64,000 bases of DNA from an uncultured Actinomycetes bacterium (lineage in GTDB: Bacteria > Actinomycetota > Thermoleophilia > RBG-16-64-13), in the NCBI GenBank assembly GCA_963784835.1, contig CAWASM010000001.1, positions 392,926-456,925 of the forward strand, given 5' to 3'. The number at the start of each line of letters is the position of its first letter. Position 1 is the first letter of the stretch. Below are positions 1 through 9,984 of this stretch, piece after piece. The notes under the pieces are model-generated. The model was given only the letters and a program-made list of their open reading frames with translations. It had not been told where the DNA came from and did no database searches. A program made the translations under genes and the position numbers.

Positions 1-773
1 CGGCAGGTACAGGATGGGCACCTTGTAGCTCGGTGCCCAGGAAGCTGTTGATCTGCGCCTGCTTCAGGTCGAGGTTGACGTGGCAGAGCGGGCAGCACAC
101 CACGATGGCGTCGGCCCCGGCCGGCCAGCGCCTGCTCGATGACCTTGCCGCTCAGCCGCCGCTGGATCTCCACCTTGGGCATGCCCACGCTGGCGCCGCA
201 GCACTCGGTCTTGTAGTTCCACCACTTGACGTCGGCGCCGGCGGCCTGCAGCAGCAGGTCCATCATCATGGGCTGCTCGTTGTCGCATTCGCCGAGTCAT
301 GTCGCTCGGCCGGCCCAGCAGGCAGCCGTAGTAGGGCACCACCTTGAGCTGGGAGAGGTCGGTCTTGACCAGGGAAGCGATCTTCTCCTCGCCCACGAAC
401 TTCATGAGGTACTCGGGCAGCGCGTAGACCATCACCTTGCCGTCATAGGGCTTGTCGAGCACCTCGTTGACCTCGGCCCGGAAGGCGTCGTCTCGTGGAT
501 CTCTATCTCGCGCGTTCTTCTCGCGCTGATAGCAGGAGGGGCAGGGAGCCAGCAACTCGTCGCCCACCTCGGCCGCCTGGCGCAGGTTGCGCGCGGCCAG
601 GGACTGAGCCAGCAGGTGGTCCATCATGTGGGCGGGAGTCGAGCCGCAGCAGGTCCAGTCGGGCACCTCTTTGTACTCCACGCCCAAGACGCTCGAGCAC
701 CTTGCGGGTGGAGACGTCGAACTCGCTCGGAGGAGTGGTGCAGAGAGCACCCGGGGTAGTAGGCCAGGGTCAT
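1..773 (-). CDS. HdrB-like CCG-domain iron-sulfur protein (heterodisulfide reductase subunit B family); 3' end runs off window; frame breaks
   Basis: Start MTLAYYPGCSLH at 773 behind GGAGCGAGG. CCG motifs PDWTCCGS and YYGCLLGRPS in ORF 64..954. A third frame near 60-230 reads KTECCGAS...VVCCPLCHVNLD. Pieces also in ORF 624..809. Confidence 0.7.
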
Positions 774-950
774 GCCGCCACCTCGCTCCCGGCGGCGTCG
801 GACGGGCACCGCGGCCCGCCTGTCGGCCGTGCGCGCCCGCCGGGCTTCGCGGCCCGGCCGGCCTCAGCGGCGTCGGCGCTTCGGCCGAGTCCTTGGCTTC
901 GGCCTTCTCGTGGGCCTGCGCCTTCGCCATGGTCTTCTTGTAGATGCGGC

Positions 951-1472
951 TCACCTCGCGGCGCCCTTGGCCTGGCGCGGGAGGAGCGGCATCTTGCGCT
1001 TGGTCACGACGGGCAGCATCAGGCCCACGTTGCCCATGGCCATCTTGGGTTCATGGTGCCGCGTGTAGAACATGGCCATATCGTAGAACTCGGGCAGCCG
1101 GCCGAAGCGGGCCACGGCTTCATGAAGGCCTTGTTGAAGGCCTTCACGTGCTCGGGCACGTCTCGCTCCTGGGCGGTGGCGATGGTCTTGAGGTCTTCGA
1201 AGATGCCGGCGATGTCGATGTTGCGCGGGCAGCGCGCCGTGCAGGTGAGGCACTGGACGCAGAGCTGGACCGCCTTCGAATCCAGCACCTGGTCGACCAA
1301 GCCCACCTGCAGCATGCGCATGACCTGGTTGGGAGTGTAGTCGAAGGTGAAGGCGGCCGGACAGCCGGCAGTGCAGTTGCCACACTGGTAGCACTCGCGG
1401 ACATCCGCCTGCACCCTCTCGGACCAGCTTCTCCCGATAGAACGCTGCTTGATCTGCGTCGTATCGGATCAA
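951..1472 (-). CDS. HdrC-like 4Fe-4S dicluster protein; two frame changes
   Basis: Ferredoxin motifs CYQCGNCTAGCP and CVQCLTCTARCP (ORF 1019..1414). N- and C-termini are in ORF 951..1472 (MIRYDADQAAFYREK..., ...FYTRHHEPKMAMGNVGLMLPVV). Confidence 0.7.
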   Translation of the reverse strand: MIRYDADQAAFYREKLVREGAGGCPRVLPVWQLHCRLSGRLHLRLHSQPGHAHAAGGLGRPGAGFEGGPALRPVPHLHGALPAQHRHRRHLRRPQDHRHRPGARRARAREGLQQGLHEAVARFGRLPEFYDMAMFYTRHHEPKMAMGNVGLMLPVVTKRKMPLLPRQAKGAAR

Positions 1473-1659
1473 ACCGACCCTCCTCGTGAAGAAAAGTCAC
1501 TGGTACGCGGGGGAAGTGCGACCAGCAGCCTCGGAGCAGAGAGAACAGGGCGGGCTGGTGCGGCACACCAGTGAGTCAGTATATCACCAGAGAATCGGCC
1601 CTCCGCGCTTGGAGGGGAGAGAAAAGCCCGGTAAATGCCGCATTCGCAGGGTCTTCATC

Positions 1660-1962
1660 CTAACCGTCCGCTGCGTCACCGGGGGACTCGGGAAGCTGGT
1701 GCGTGTGCCAGACGCCGACGATCCACACAGTGTCGTCGACCACTCGGTAGAAGAACCGATAGGGAGGGACAGGAAGCTCGCGGTGTGGAAGGTCCGGGAA
1801 CTCCGGAATGGCGTGGCCTGAGTAGGGCTGCTCGCTCAACAGTCTGACGACCGTCTCGGCGCGTCGTTGCACGGTCTCCGCTCCCGCAACGCTCTGGGCT
1901 CGGACATAGCCCAGCGCCTCCAAGTACTGTCGCTCTGCCTGCCGGGCGAATCGCACCCTCAT
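1660..1962 (-). CDS. ParE/RelE-family type II toxin
   Basis: 100 aa, intact. C-terminal YRFFYRVVDDTVWIVGVWHTHQ is typical of ParE. Lies 4 bp downstream of a Phd/YefM gene. Confidence 0.75.
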   Translation of the reverse strand: MRVRFARQAERQYLEALGYVRAQSVAGAETVQRRAETVVRLLSEQPYSGHAIPEFPDLPHRELPVPPYRFFYRVVDDTVWIVGVWHTHQLPESPGDAADG

Positions 1963-1966
1963 GTTG

Positions 1967-2251
1967 CTACTTCTGTGCCAGCAACGCGCGCGCCTCCGCC
2001 ATCACATCCTCCGCGTCACGCCCCAGTCCCGCGGCGACCTCTGCATCTCCCCCGGCCAGGATGCGCAGGATCTCGTTCTCGTGCTGGATATGCTCGTATC
2101 TCTCGCGGCTCACCAACACCGCCGAGGCGCGACCACGCTGGGTTATAACGACCGGCTCGTTGGAGGCCGTCACTCGCCTTATGACGCCGGCGGTGTCCTG
2201 ACGAAGATCGGAGATGGGGATGATCTCGGGCAAAGTACTCATTGGAAGCAC
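1967..2251 (-). CDS. Phd/YefM-family antitoxin
   Basis: 94 aa, intact. IPISDLRQDTAGVIRRVTASNEPVVITQRGRASAVLVS matches the Phd/YefM N-terminal fold signature. Confidence 0.8.
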   Translation of the reverse strand: MLPMSTLPEIIPISDLRQDTAGVIRRVTASNEPVVITQRGRASAVLVSRERYEHIQHENEILRILAGGDAEVAAGLGRDAEDVMAEARALLAQK

Positions 2252-2296
2252 CTCCTATGGTACAGGCCATGGTACCACTGGACAGTCGCCAATCCT

Positions 2297-2605
2297 TCAG
2301 ATCGACACTCGCAGCTTGAGCCCAAGAGACCGAAGCACCTTCTGCACTGTCGCGAATTCGGGATTGCCTTGCTCCGACAGCGCCTTGTACAGGCTCTCGC
2401 GCCCCAACCCGGTATCGCGAGACACCTGGGTCATGCCCCTGGCTCGGGCCACGTCGCCGAGAGCAGCGAGGAGCAGCTCCTGGTCGTCCTCCTCGAGGAC
2501 CGCATTGAGATAGCCGACGATCTCCTCTTCGGAGTTCAGGTAGCGCGTGACGTCCCAGCGACGAAGCTCGATCTTGGTCTCGCTCTGAGTCTCTATTCTG
2601 CCCAC
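2297..2605 (-). CDS. Addiction-module antidote protein (HI1420/HigA-like HTH)
   Basis: 102 aa. YLNSEEEIVGYLNAVLEEDD...ARARGMTQVSRDTGLGRESLYKALSEQGNPEFATVQKVLRSLGLKL is the classic antidote-family pattern. Confidence 0.8.
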   Translation of the reverse strand: MGRIETQSETKIELRRWDVTRYLNSEEEIVGYLNAVLEEDDQELLLAALGDVARARGMTQVSRDTGLGRESLYKALSEQGNPEFATVQKVLRSLGLKLRVSI

Positions 2606-2907
2606 ATCCGACCCTCCAGTGCCTGGCGAAATAGCCGCTTCGCTCGCGCGATGTCTCGCGCCTGAGTAGATTTGTCGCCGCCGGCCAGCAGAATGATCAA
2701 CGCCATACCTTGTCGCATGAAGTACACGCGATATCCCGGTCCATAGTCGACGCGAAGCTCATGCACTCCACCTCCCACCGACTCGAAGTCACCCGGGTTC
2801 CCGACCGTGAGGCGCCGCACACGCGTCTGGATACGCCGGCGTGCTTCCCGGTCCCGAAGTGCTTCGAACCAGCGCCAGTGCTCGCTTGTCTCGATGATCT
2901 CGAACAT
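2593..2907 (-). CDS. Addiction-module killer protein (HI1419/RelE-HigB-like)
   Basis: 104 aa. RRLTVGNPGDFESVGGGVHELRVDYGPGYRVYFMRQGMALIILLAGGDKSTQARDIARAK. Overlaps its antidote gene by 13 bp. Confidence 0.8.
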   Translation of the reverse strand: MFEIIETSEHWRWFEALRDREARRRIQTRVRRLTVGNPGDFESVGGGVHELRVDYGPGYRVYFMRQGMALIILLAGGDKSTQARDIARAKRLFRQALEGRMWAE

Positions 2908-3052
2908 CTGGATTGTATCCTATAGACTACGGGCGCGCAATCGGCGCGCAGTCAGTACTCCCTGGCCCCTGATTGTGCGGGAGGCGGGAAAGGCGGAGAG
3001 TCAGTCTTTGGACCGACCTTGGAGGCCGGGCCGGGCGGTCGTGAAGCGAGAT

Positions 3053-3740
3053 CTACTTGGCGGTCTTGACCATCTCCAAGAAGTGCTCGTGCAGCCGGGA
3101 GTCGTCGCTCAGTTCGGGGTGGAAAGCCACGGCCAGCGTGTGGCCCTGCCGCACACCGACGATGTGGTCGCCACACCTTGCGATGACCTCCACCCCCGGG
3201 CCGGCCTCTTCTACCCACGGCGCGCGGATGAAGATGCCGTGAAATTGTTCGCATGGTTCGCACGGGGCGGGGCCAGGCGCCGCGAGCGGCGCCGCATCCG
3301 TGGGCGCGCCCGCCGTCGCATGCGCGCCGCCGAGGCTCAGCTCCACCGGGCCCTCGAAGCTCCGCGATTGCCGCCCGAAGGCGTTGCGACGCACGGTTAT
3401 GTCCATCACCCGCAGCAAGGGTTGCTCGCCGTCGGTGGTGTGTTTGGCCAGCATGATGAGTCCGGCACAGGTTCCGAAGACGGGATGATTCTTGACGAAA
3501 GCGCGCAGCGGCTCCATCAGCTTGTACTCCTCCAACAGCAGGCCGATGGTGGTGCTCTCGCCGCCGGGGATCATCAGGCCATCCAGCCCCTCCAGGTCGC
3601 GCGGCAGACGGACCTCGGTCACCTTCGCGCCGAGCCCGCGCAGCATGCGCACGTGCTCGCGGAAGGCTCCCTGCAGATGCAAGGACTCCTACGTGGGGCT
3701 GACCCTCCGGCGCATCGGTCGAGGGGGTGCTGCCGGCCAC
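3053..3740 (-). CDS. pdxT: Pyridoxal 5'-phosphate synthase glutaminase subunit PdxT; one frame break near 3686 and an internal insertion
   Basis: [34 protein letters not shown] and AFHPELS motifs. N-terminus [21 protein letters not shown] lies in ORF 2952..3740. Confidence 0.85.
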
Positions 3741-3741
3741 G

Positions 3742-4630
3742 CTACCAGCCGCGGTGCTGGATGAGCGTTCTCCGGCGCTATCTGGCCTATCTCCAGGCCA
3801 GGCATGGCGTCGCCCAGACCACGCGAGACCTCGGCCAGGATCTTGGCGTCCTGGTAGTGCGTGGTGGCCTGCACGATGGCCTTGGCCCGGCCTGCCGGAT
3901 CGGCGCTCTTGAAGATGCCCGAGCCCACGAAGACGCCATCGGCACCCAGTTGCATCATGAGGGCCGCGTCGGCCGGGGTGGCGATGCCGCCCGCGGAGAA
4001 GTTGACCACGGGCAGCGTGCCGTTCTTGGCCACCCAGGCGACCAGGTCGTACGGAGCGCGGTGCTCCTTGGCCATCGCGAAGAGCTCGTCCTCGTCCATG
4101 CTGGTGAGAGCCTGCATCTCGCCCACGATGGTGCGCATGTGCCGCACGGCCTCCACCACGTTGCCGGTGCCGGCCTCACCCTTGGTGCGGATCATGGCCG
4201 CGCCTTCGCTGATGCGCCGCAGGGCCTCGCCCAGGTTGGTGGCGCCGCAGACGAAGGGCACGTTGAAGTTCCACTTGTTGATGTGGTGCGACTCGTCGGC
4301 CGGAGTGAGCACTTCGCTCTCGTCGATGTAGTCGATCTCCAAGGCTTCCAAGATCTGGGCCTCTACGAAATGCCCGATGCGGGCCTTGGCCATCACCGGG
4401 ATACTGACCGCCTGCTGGATCTCGACGATCATCTCGGGGTCGGACATCCGCGCCACGCCGCCGTCTCTGCGAATGTCGGCGGGCACACGCTCCAGAGCCA
4501 TGACGGCGCAGGCTCCCGCCTCTTCGGCGATGCGGGCCTGGTCGGCGGTAGTGACGTCCATGATGACCCCGCCCTTGAGCATCTCGGCGAGGCCCTTCTT
4601 GACTCTAAGTGTTCCTTCTTCTCTACTCAT
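3742..4630 (-). CDS. pdxS: Pyridoxal 5'-phosphate synthase lyase subunit PdxS; frame break in the last ~12 codons
   Basis: [35 protein letters not shown] and [21 protein letters not shown]. The shifted frame ends ...LIQHRGW-TAG at 3742. Confidence 0.95.
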
Positions 4631-4709
4631 GACCGACCCTTCCCTCCATTTGAGGGTGTATATGATACATCCAGTCTGCGCCCAAAGACCGATGCGCCGA
4701 TTGGGCGAG

Positions 4710-5072
4710 ATGGTTCACGCTGGCGAGATGAACGAGAACACCATCCTCGACATCACGGACTACTCCGGCCTAGGCGTGGTTCTCCTGGAGGAGAGGTGGA
4801 ATGAACACATCAAGCGCAGGCATCCTGAGATGGTGGGCTGTCTTCGCCAGGTGGCAAACGCCCTGCGAGACCCCGGTTTCGTCTATGAAGCCGGTGACTT
4901 CGCGAAGACTCGTCTATACTACCGACTTGGTGCTATTGACAGGTTCTGTCACCTCTATCTGGTGGTAGTCGTTCGTTGCGATCTTCAACCTGCTCAGGTT
5001 TCGACAGCGTACCTGACAGCGGAGCCAAGCCGGTCAGCAGGGAGGTTGGTGTATGTCAAAGCTCGCCGCTAG
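4710..5072 (+). CDS. Uncharacterised small protein, candidate toxin partner of the downstream DUF2283 gene
   Basis: ATG at 4710 or 4728. ...[34 protein letters not shown]...[22 protein letters not shown]. The VVV..v.TAY ending resembles RelE/barnase-fold small toxins. Overlaps the next gene by 20 bp. Confidence 0.45.
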   Translation: MVHAGEMNENTILDITDYSGLGVVLLEERWNEHIKRRHPEMVGCLRQVANALRDPGFVYEAGDFAKTRLYYRLGAIDRFCHLYLVVVVRCDLQPAQVSTAYLTAEPSRSAGRLVYVKARR

Positions 5073-5388
5073 CATCGAGATCGGACCCTTCACCTTCACC
5101 GACTGCTCCTACGATGCCGAAGCCGATATCGCTTATCTCAGCGTCGGTGAGCCCAAAGAAGCCATCTCGTGGGAGTCTCCGGAGGGACACTTGGTGCGCC
5201 TTGACCCAGATACGGATGAGCTGGTGGGTGTCACCCTGCTTTATCCAAGACGGCGTGGCGAAACCACCGGCACGATGACCATCACCTTCCCCGAGCACGT
5301 CTTGGCCCTGGCCGAGGGCCGGCATGTTCCTTTGCTGCGCGGACCCCTGACCCTGCCTGAGGCCGAACTCACGGCCTTGTGCGTTTGA
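5053..5388 (+). CDS. DUF2283 (YuzE-like) family protein, candidate antitoxin
   Basis: 111 aa. YDAEADIAYLSVGEPKEAISWESPEGHLVRLDPDTDELVGVTLL matches the DUF2283 pattern yD.eaD..Yi...vD....G.lvGiei. Confidence 0.65.
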   Translation: MSKLAASIEIGPFTFTDCSYDAEADIAYLSVGEPKEAISWESPEGHLVRLDPDTDELVGVTLLYPRRRGETTGTMTITFPEHVLALAEGRHVPLLRGPLTLPEAELTALCV

Positions 5389-6711
5389 CGGGCGCGCCCT
5401 GGGCGCGGCCGAGATCCTGCTGAGTCGTGGACGTTGTCTGAGGCAGGATGAGCTTCCCCCGCCATATCACCTTGCCGGTCCGGTCGATGTAGCTCCAACT
5501 GCCGCTGTCACCCTCTGCTACGCCAGCCACGCCTCCAAAGAACCGCGAACCTCCAGCGAATTGCGGCTTGATGACTATCTTGCCGGTCTCATCGATGTAC
5601 CCAAAGGGTCCGTCCGGCTCCAGTTCCACCTGGGCCAGACCCTCGAAGAACTGAAGGGCCCACATGGTATTGGGATCTCGCTGGTCAGAGACCGGCGCGT
5701 AGAAGCCAGGCTCAATGACCATCTGACCAGTGCGGTCGATGAACCCCCACGGTCCATCCTTCTCCGGCCGCACAGCGGCCAGACCCTCGGAGAAGGTAGA
5801 CACTTGAGCGAACCGCGCTTCGATGGCCATCTTGCCGGTATCGTCCACGTAGCCCCAGAGCCCGCCCTCCTCCGCTTGCGCCGGACACAAGCCCTCGGGA
5901 AGGTGACCTGCGACAACGGATTCGGGTTTCGAAACGACATGTCCGGTCTGATCGATGGCGACCCACTTCTTATCCCCGGGCCGACTCACCCGCCAGAGAC
6001 CATACGAGAATGAGGAGACAGGAGTCGTGAACTGAGGCTCGACGACCCAGTGCCCCTCCTTGTCGATGAGTCCCCATTGGCCGTCTAGGCTCTGGTCATC
6101 CTTGGCCTGGGCAAGTGCAAGTCCATCGTGGAATTCGAGAGCCGCCCCAAACTGCGGCTCGATCGCCCAAGACCCAATCGGGTCGATGTAGCCGCAGCCT
6201 CCCTCGGCCGACACGGCGGCGAGACCCTCCGAGAAACTGGGACGCATCCCGCCAAAGGACAGTCCGGATTCGAACCGCGGTTGGACGACCACCTCCCCGT
6301 TCTCATCGATGAAGCCCCAGAGCCCGTCATTCTCCAACTGCGCCGCAGCGAGACCTTCCACGAACGCAGGGGGGGACCAGTTGCCCATCGTGTAGAACTG
6401 CGGCTGGATGACGACCTTGCCTGTTCGGTCGATGAAACCCCAGGGCCCGTCTTGCTCCAACTGCACAGCGGCTAGGTCTCCCCGAAACATGGGCTGCAAA
6501 TTGTATAACCGCGGCTCGATGACGACTTCGCCGGTCTTGTCTATGAAGCCCCACTTGCCATCGACCGGTATGGGGTAAAGGTAGTCTTCTTGCGACTGGT
6601 CCGTGGTGGTGGTAGAGCTTGAGACGGCGCCGCCACTGCTGCACCCGGCCACCGTAAGCACACAAGCCAGCATCAAGGCCACCGCGATGGCTGGTCTCCT
6701 TGAAATCATGC
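5369..6711 (-). CDS. WG-repeat (KWG-type) lipoprotein
   Basis: MISRRPAIAVALMLACVLTVAGCSS lipobox. About 10 repeats of D-G-x-W-G-F-I-D-x-x-G-x-x-V-I-x-P-x-F. Start ATG overlaps the upstream stop as ATGA at 6706-6711. C-terminal part of tracked ORF 5369..8206. Confidence 0.8.
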
Positions 6712-7750
6712 TGGCTCCCCCTCCCAAACCAGACTGTAGTCGGTGCGCCGCTGGGCGGGCACGAACCCCGCTCCCCGGATGGCGTGGATGAGGTCGGCGC
6801 TGTTGGCCTCGGCACGGAGACCGGTAGCCGCCACCACGTTCTCCTCGATCATGGTGCTGCCCAGGTCGTCGGCGCCGAAGCGCAGGGCCACTTGCCCCAA
6901 CTTCAGGCCCTGAGTCACCCATGAGGCCTGGATGTGCGCGAAGTTGTCCAGATACAGACGGGAGACGGCGAGCATCATGAGGTATTCCACGTCCGGTGGC
7001 CTGCTCGGTGACTCCCTCAAGCGCGGTGTGCCCGGACTGGAAGCTCCAGGGGATGAAGGCCCGAAAGCCGCCGGTCTCGTCCTGCAGCTCGCGCAGCACA
7101 CGGAGGTGCTCCACCCGGTCCTCAAGCGTCTCCACGCTGCCGAACATCATGGTGGCCGTGCTCGCCATGCCCTGCTGGTGGGCTTCGCGCATCACCTGCA
7201 GCCACGCCATGGTGTCGGCCTTGCCGGGAGCCACCTGTTCGCGCACGCGGTCTACCAGGATCTCGGCGCCGCCGCCCGGAAGCGAGTCCAGACCGGCTGC
7301 TTTCAGCCGGCGCAGGGTCTCGGCCGTGGTGAGGCCGCTGACTTTGGCGATGTGGACGATCTCAGGCGCCGAGAGAGAGTGGATGGTGATGTCGAAGCGC
7401 TCCTTGATGGCGCGGAACAGTCCCTCGAAGTAGGTGATATCCAGGTCGGGATGCAGGCCGCCCTGCATCATGACAGCCGTGCCGCCCAGGTCCAGGGTCT
7501 CCTGGATCTTGGCGTTGAGCACGTCTTGGGAAAGCAGGTAGGCCTCCGGCGCACCCGGGGCGCAGTAGAAGGCGCAGAAGCGGCACCCCGAGGTGCAGAC
7601 GTTGGTGAAGTTGATGTTGCGGTCGACTATGAAGGTGGCCAGCGGGCCCGGGACGGTGCGCTCGCGCACTTCGTGGGCTCGCGCCCCCACATCCAGCAGG
7701 TCGTGCGAGCGCAGCAGCTCCAGGGCCTCACGCTCGGTCATCCGGATCAT
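6706..7750 (-). CDS. Radical SAM futalosine-pathway enzyme (MqnC/MqnE family); one frame break near 7000
   Basis: MIRMTEREALELL...FIVDRNINFTNVCTSGCRFCAF...LPGGGAEIL. Tail VEYLMMLAVSRLYLDNFAHIQASWVTQGLKLGQVALRFGADDLGSTMIEENV is in ORF 6706..7125. Confidence 0.8.
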
Positions 7751-8687
<937 letters not shown>

Positions 8688-9855
8688 CTCGTCCACCTCG
8701 CCGCCGCCCGGTGCCGCGCCAGCTTCGGCCTCGCCCTCGGGGGCGTAGCGCCGCACCACCCGGTAGAGCGCGTCGCGCTCCACCGGCGTCCGGCCCGTGG
8801 CCCGGATCACGCGGACCAACTCCGACTTGGGCAAGTCCTGTCCGTGCCCCGCCTCCGACATCAGCGAGATGACTTCCTCCACCACGGTGCCGTCCATGTC
8901 GTCGGCGCCGAAGAAGAGCGCGGTCTGGGCCAGCTTCAGCCCGGTCATGACCCAGTAGGTCTTGATGTGGGCGAAGTTGTCCAGCAGCAGGCGGGCGACC
9001 GCCAGCGTCTTCAGATCGTCGGTGCCCGGTGGTGCCGGGAAGGTGCGCGAGGGCGCTGTTCTTGGGCTGGAAGGCCAGGGGGATGAAGGCCTGGAAGCCG
9101 CCCGGTCTCGTCCTGGGCCTCGCGGAGCCGGAGTAGGTGGTCCACCCGGTCTGTCGTAGGTCTCCACGTGGCCGTAGAGCATGGTGGCGTTGGTCTTGAG
9201 GCCCAGCCCGTGAGCGACTGGTGGATCTCCAGCCACCTCTCTCCCGAGATCTTGGCCGGACACACCTGGCCGCGCACCTCGGCGCCGCAGGATCTCCGCG
9301 CCGCCGCCCGGCATGCTGCCCAAACCCGGCGGCCTTGAGGTCGCGCAGCACCTCCTCCGCCGTCACCCCCTCGGCCTGGGCGAAGTAGGCGATCTCCGAG
9401 GCGGTGAAGGCCTTGATGTGAACCGTCGGCGCCAGACTCGGATGCCGGCCACCATCTCCCGGATAGACGGCGTAGGGAAGAGCCGGGTTCTCCCCGCCCA
9501 CGATGTGGATCTCCGTGGCGCCCTGTTCCACAGCCTCTCGCGCCTTCTCGAGACCTCCTCGACGGTGAGCGTATAGGCGCCTGGCTCCCCCTCGTCCCGG
9601 CAGAACGCGCAGAACAGGCAGCGGTTGCGGCACACGTTGGTGTAGTTGATGTGCCGGTTGACCACGAAATAGGCGTCGTCGCCCACCATCGGCCCTGGTC
9701 GGCGAGCGCACCCGCGGTCGGCACAGGCGTCCGACGCGCATAAGAGCTCCCGGGCGATTCGAGACGCAAGCGGCAAGCGCCGTTGGCGACAGGCAGAACA
9801 GACGCTGTCCTCCTCGAGCTACGTTCGTACTCTCGAGCTTCTCGCGAATGGCAAG
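8688..9855 (-). CDS. Radical SAM futalosine-pathway enzyme (MqnE/MqnC family); multiple frame breaks; start approximate
   Basis: AIREKLES..., GALADQ, YFVVNRHINYTNVCRNRCLFCAF, ATEIHIVGGENP, VHIKAFTASEIAYFA, LKTNATMLYGHVET and LLLDNFAHIKTYWVMTGLKLAQTALFFGADDMDGTVVEE, spread over ORFs 9363..9776, 9011..9769, 8566..9741 and 8061..9323. Confidence 0.75.
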
Positions 9856-9887
9856 ACTGCGGAGTCTTGACTAGCGAATCTCAGTCA

Positions 9888-9984
9888 CTGGCGTGACGCC
9901 TAGGGTACTGCCGCTAAGCCTTGCGACACTGCGAAGCCGTGCATAGAGCGTGAGCGCAGCGTATCCCCTCGGGCGTCACGCCAG
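9888..9984. repeat. 13-bp perfect inverted repeat (CTGGCGTGACGCC / GGCGTCACGCCAG) spanning the ubiE stop codon
   Basis: Arms at 9888-9900 and 9972-9984. A 7-bp hairpin CAAGACT-GCGG-AGTCTTG sits at 9852-9869. TCAGTCACT at 9881-9889 also occurs twice at 57.16-57.21 kb. Confidence 0.5.

Noticed and set aside
774-950. Possible small ORF or extension (MSRIYKKTMAKAQAHEKAEAKDSAEAP...) between hdrC and hdrB
   Set aside because: It could be a lysine/alanine-rich tail, a separate peptide or plain spacer. With frame breaks on both sides I cannot support a call.
2807-4804. 665-aa ORF on the plus strand
   Set aside because: It lies entirely antisense to pdxT and pdxS, which carry unmistakable motifs. 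Its composition is Arg/Ala/Gly/His-rich with no recognisable domain, typical of a high-GC shadow ORF.
6255-6275. GGTTCGAATCC T-loop-like string (minus strand) suggesting a tRNA
   Set aside because: The flanking bases do not form a T-stem. The string encodes PRFESGL inside one WG repeat, and no acceptor or anticodon arms are present.
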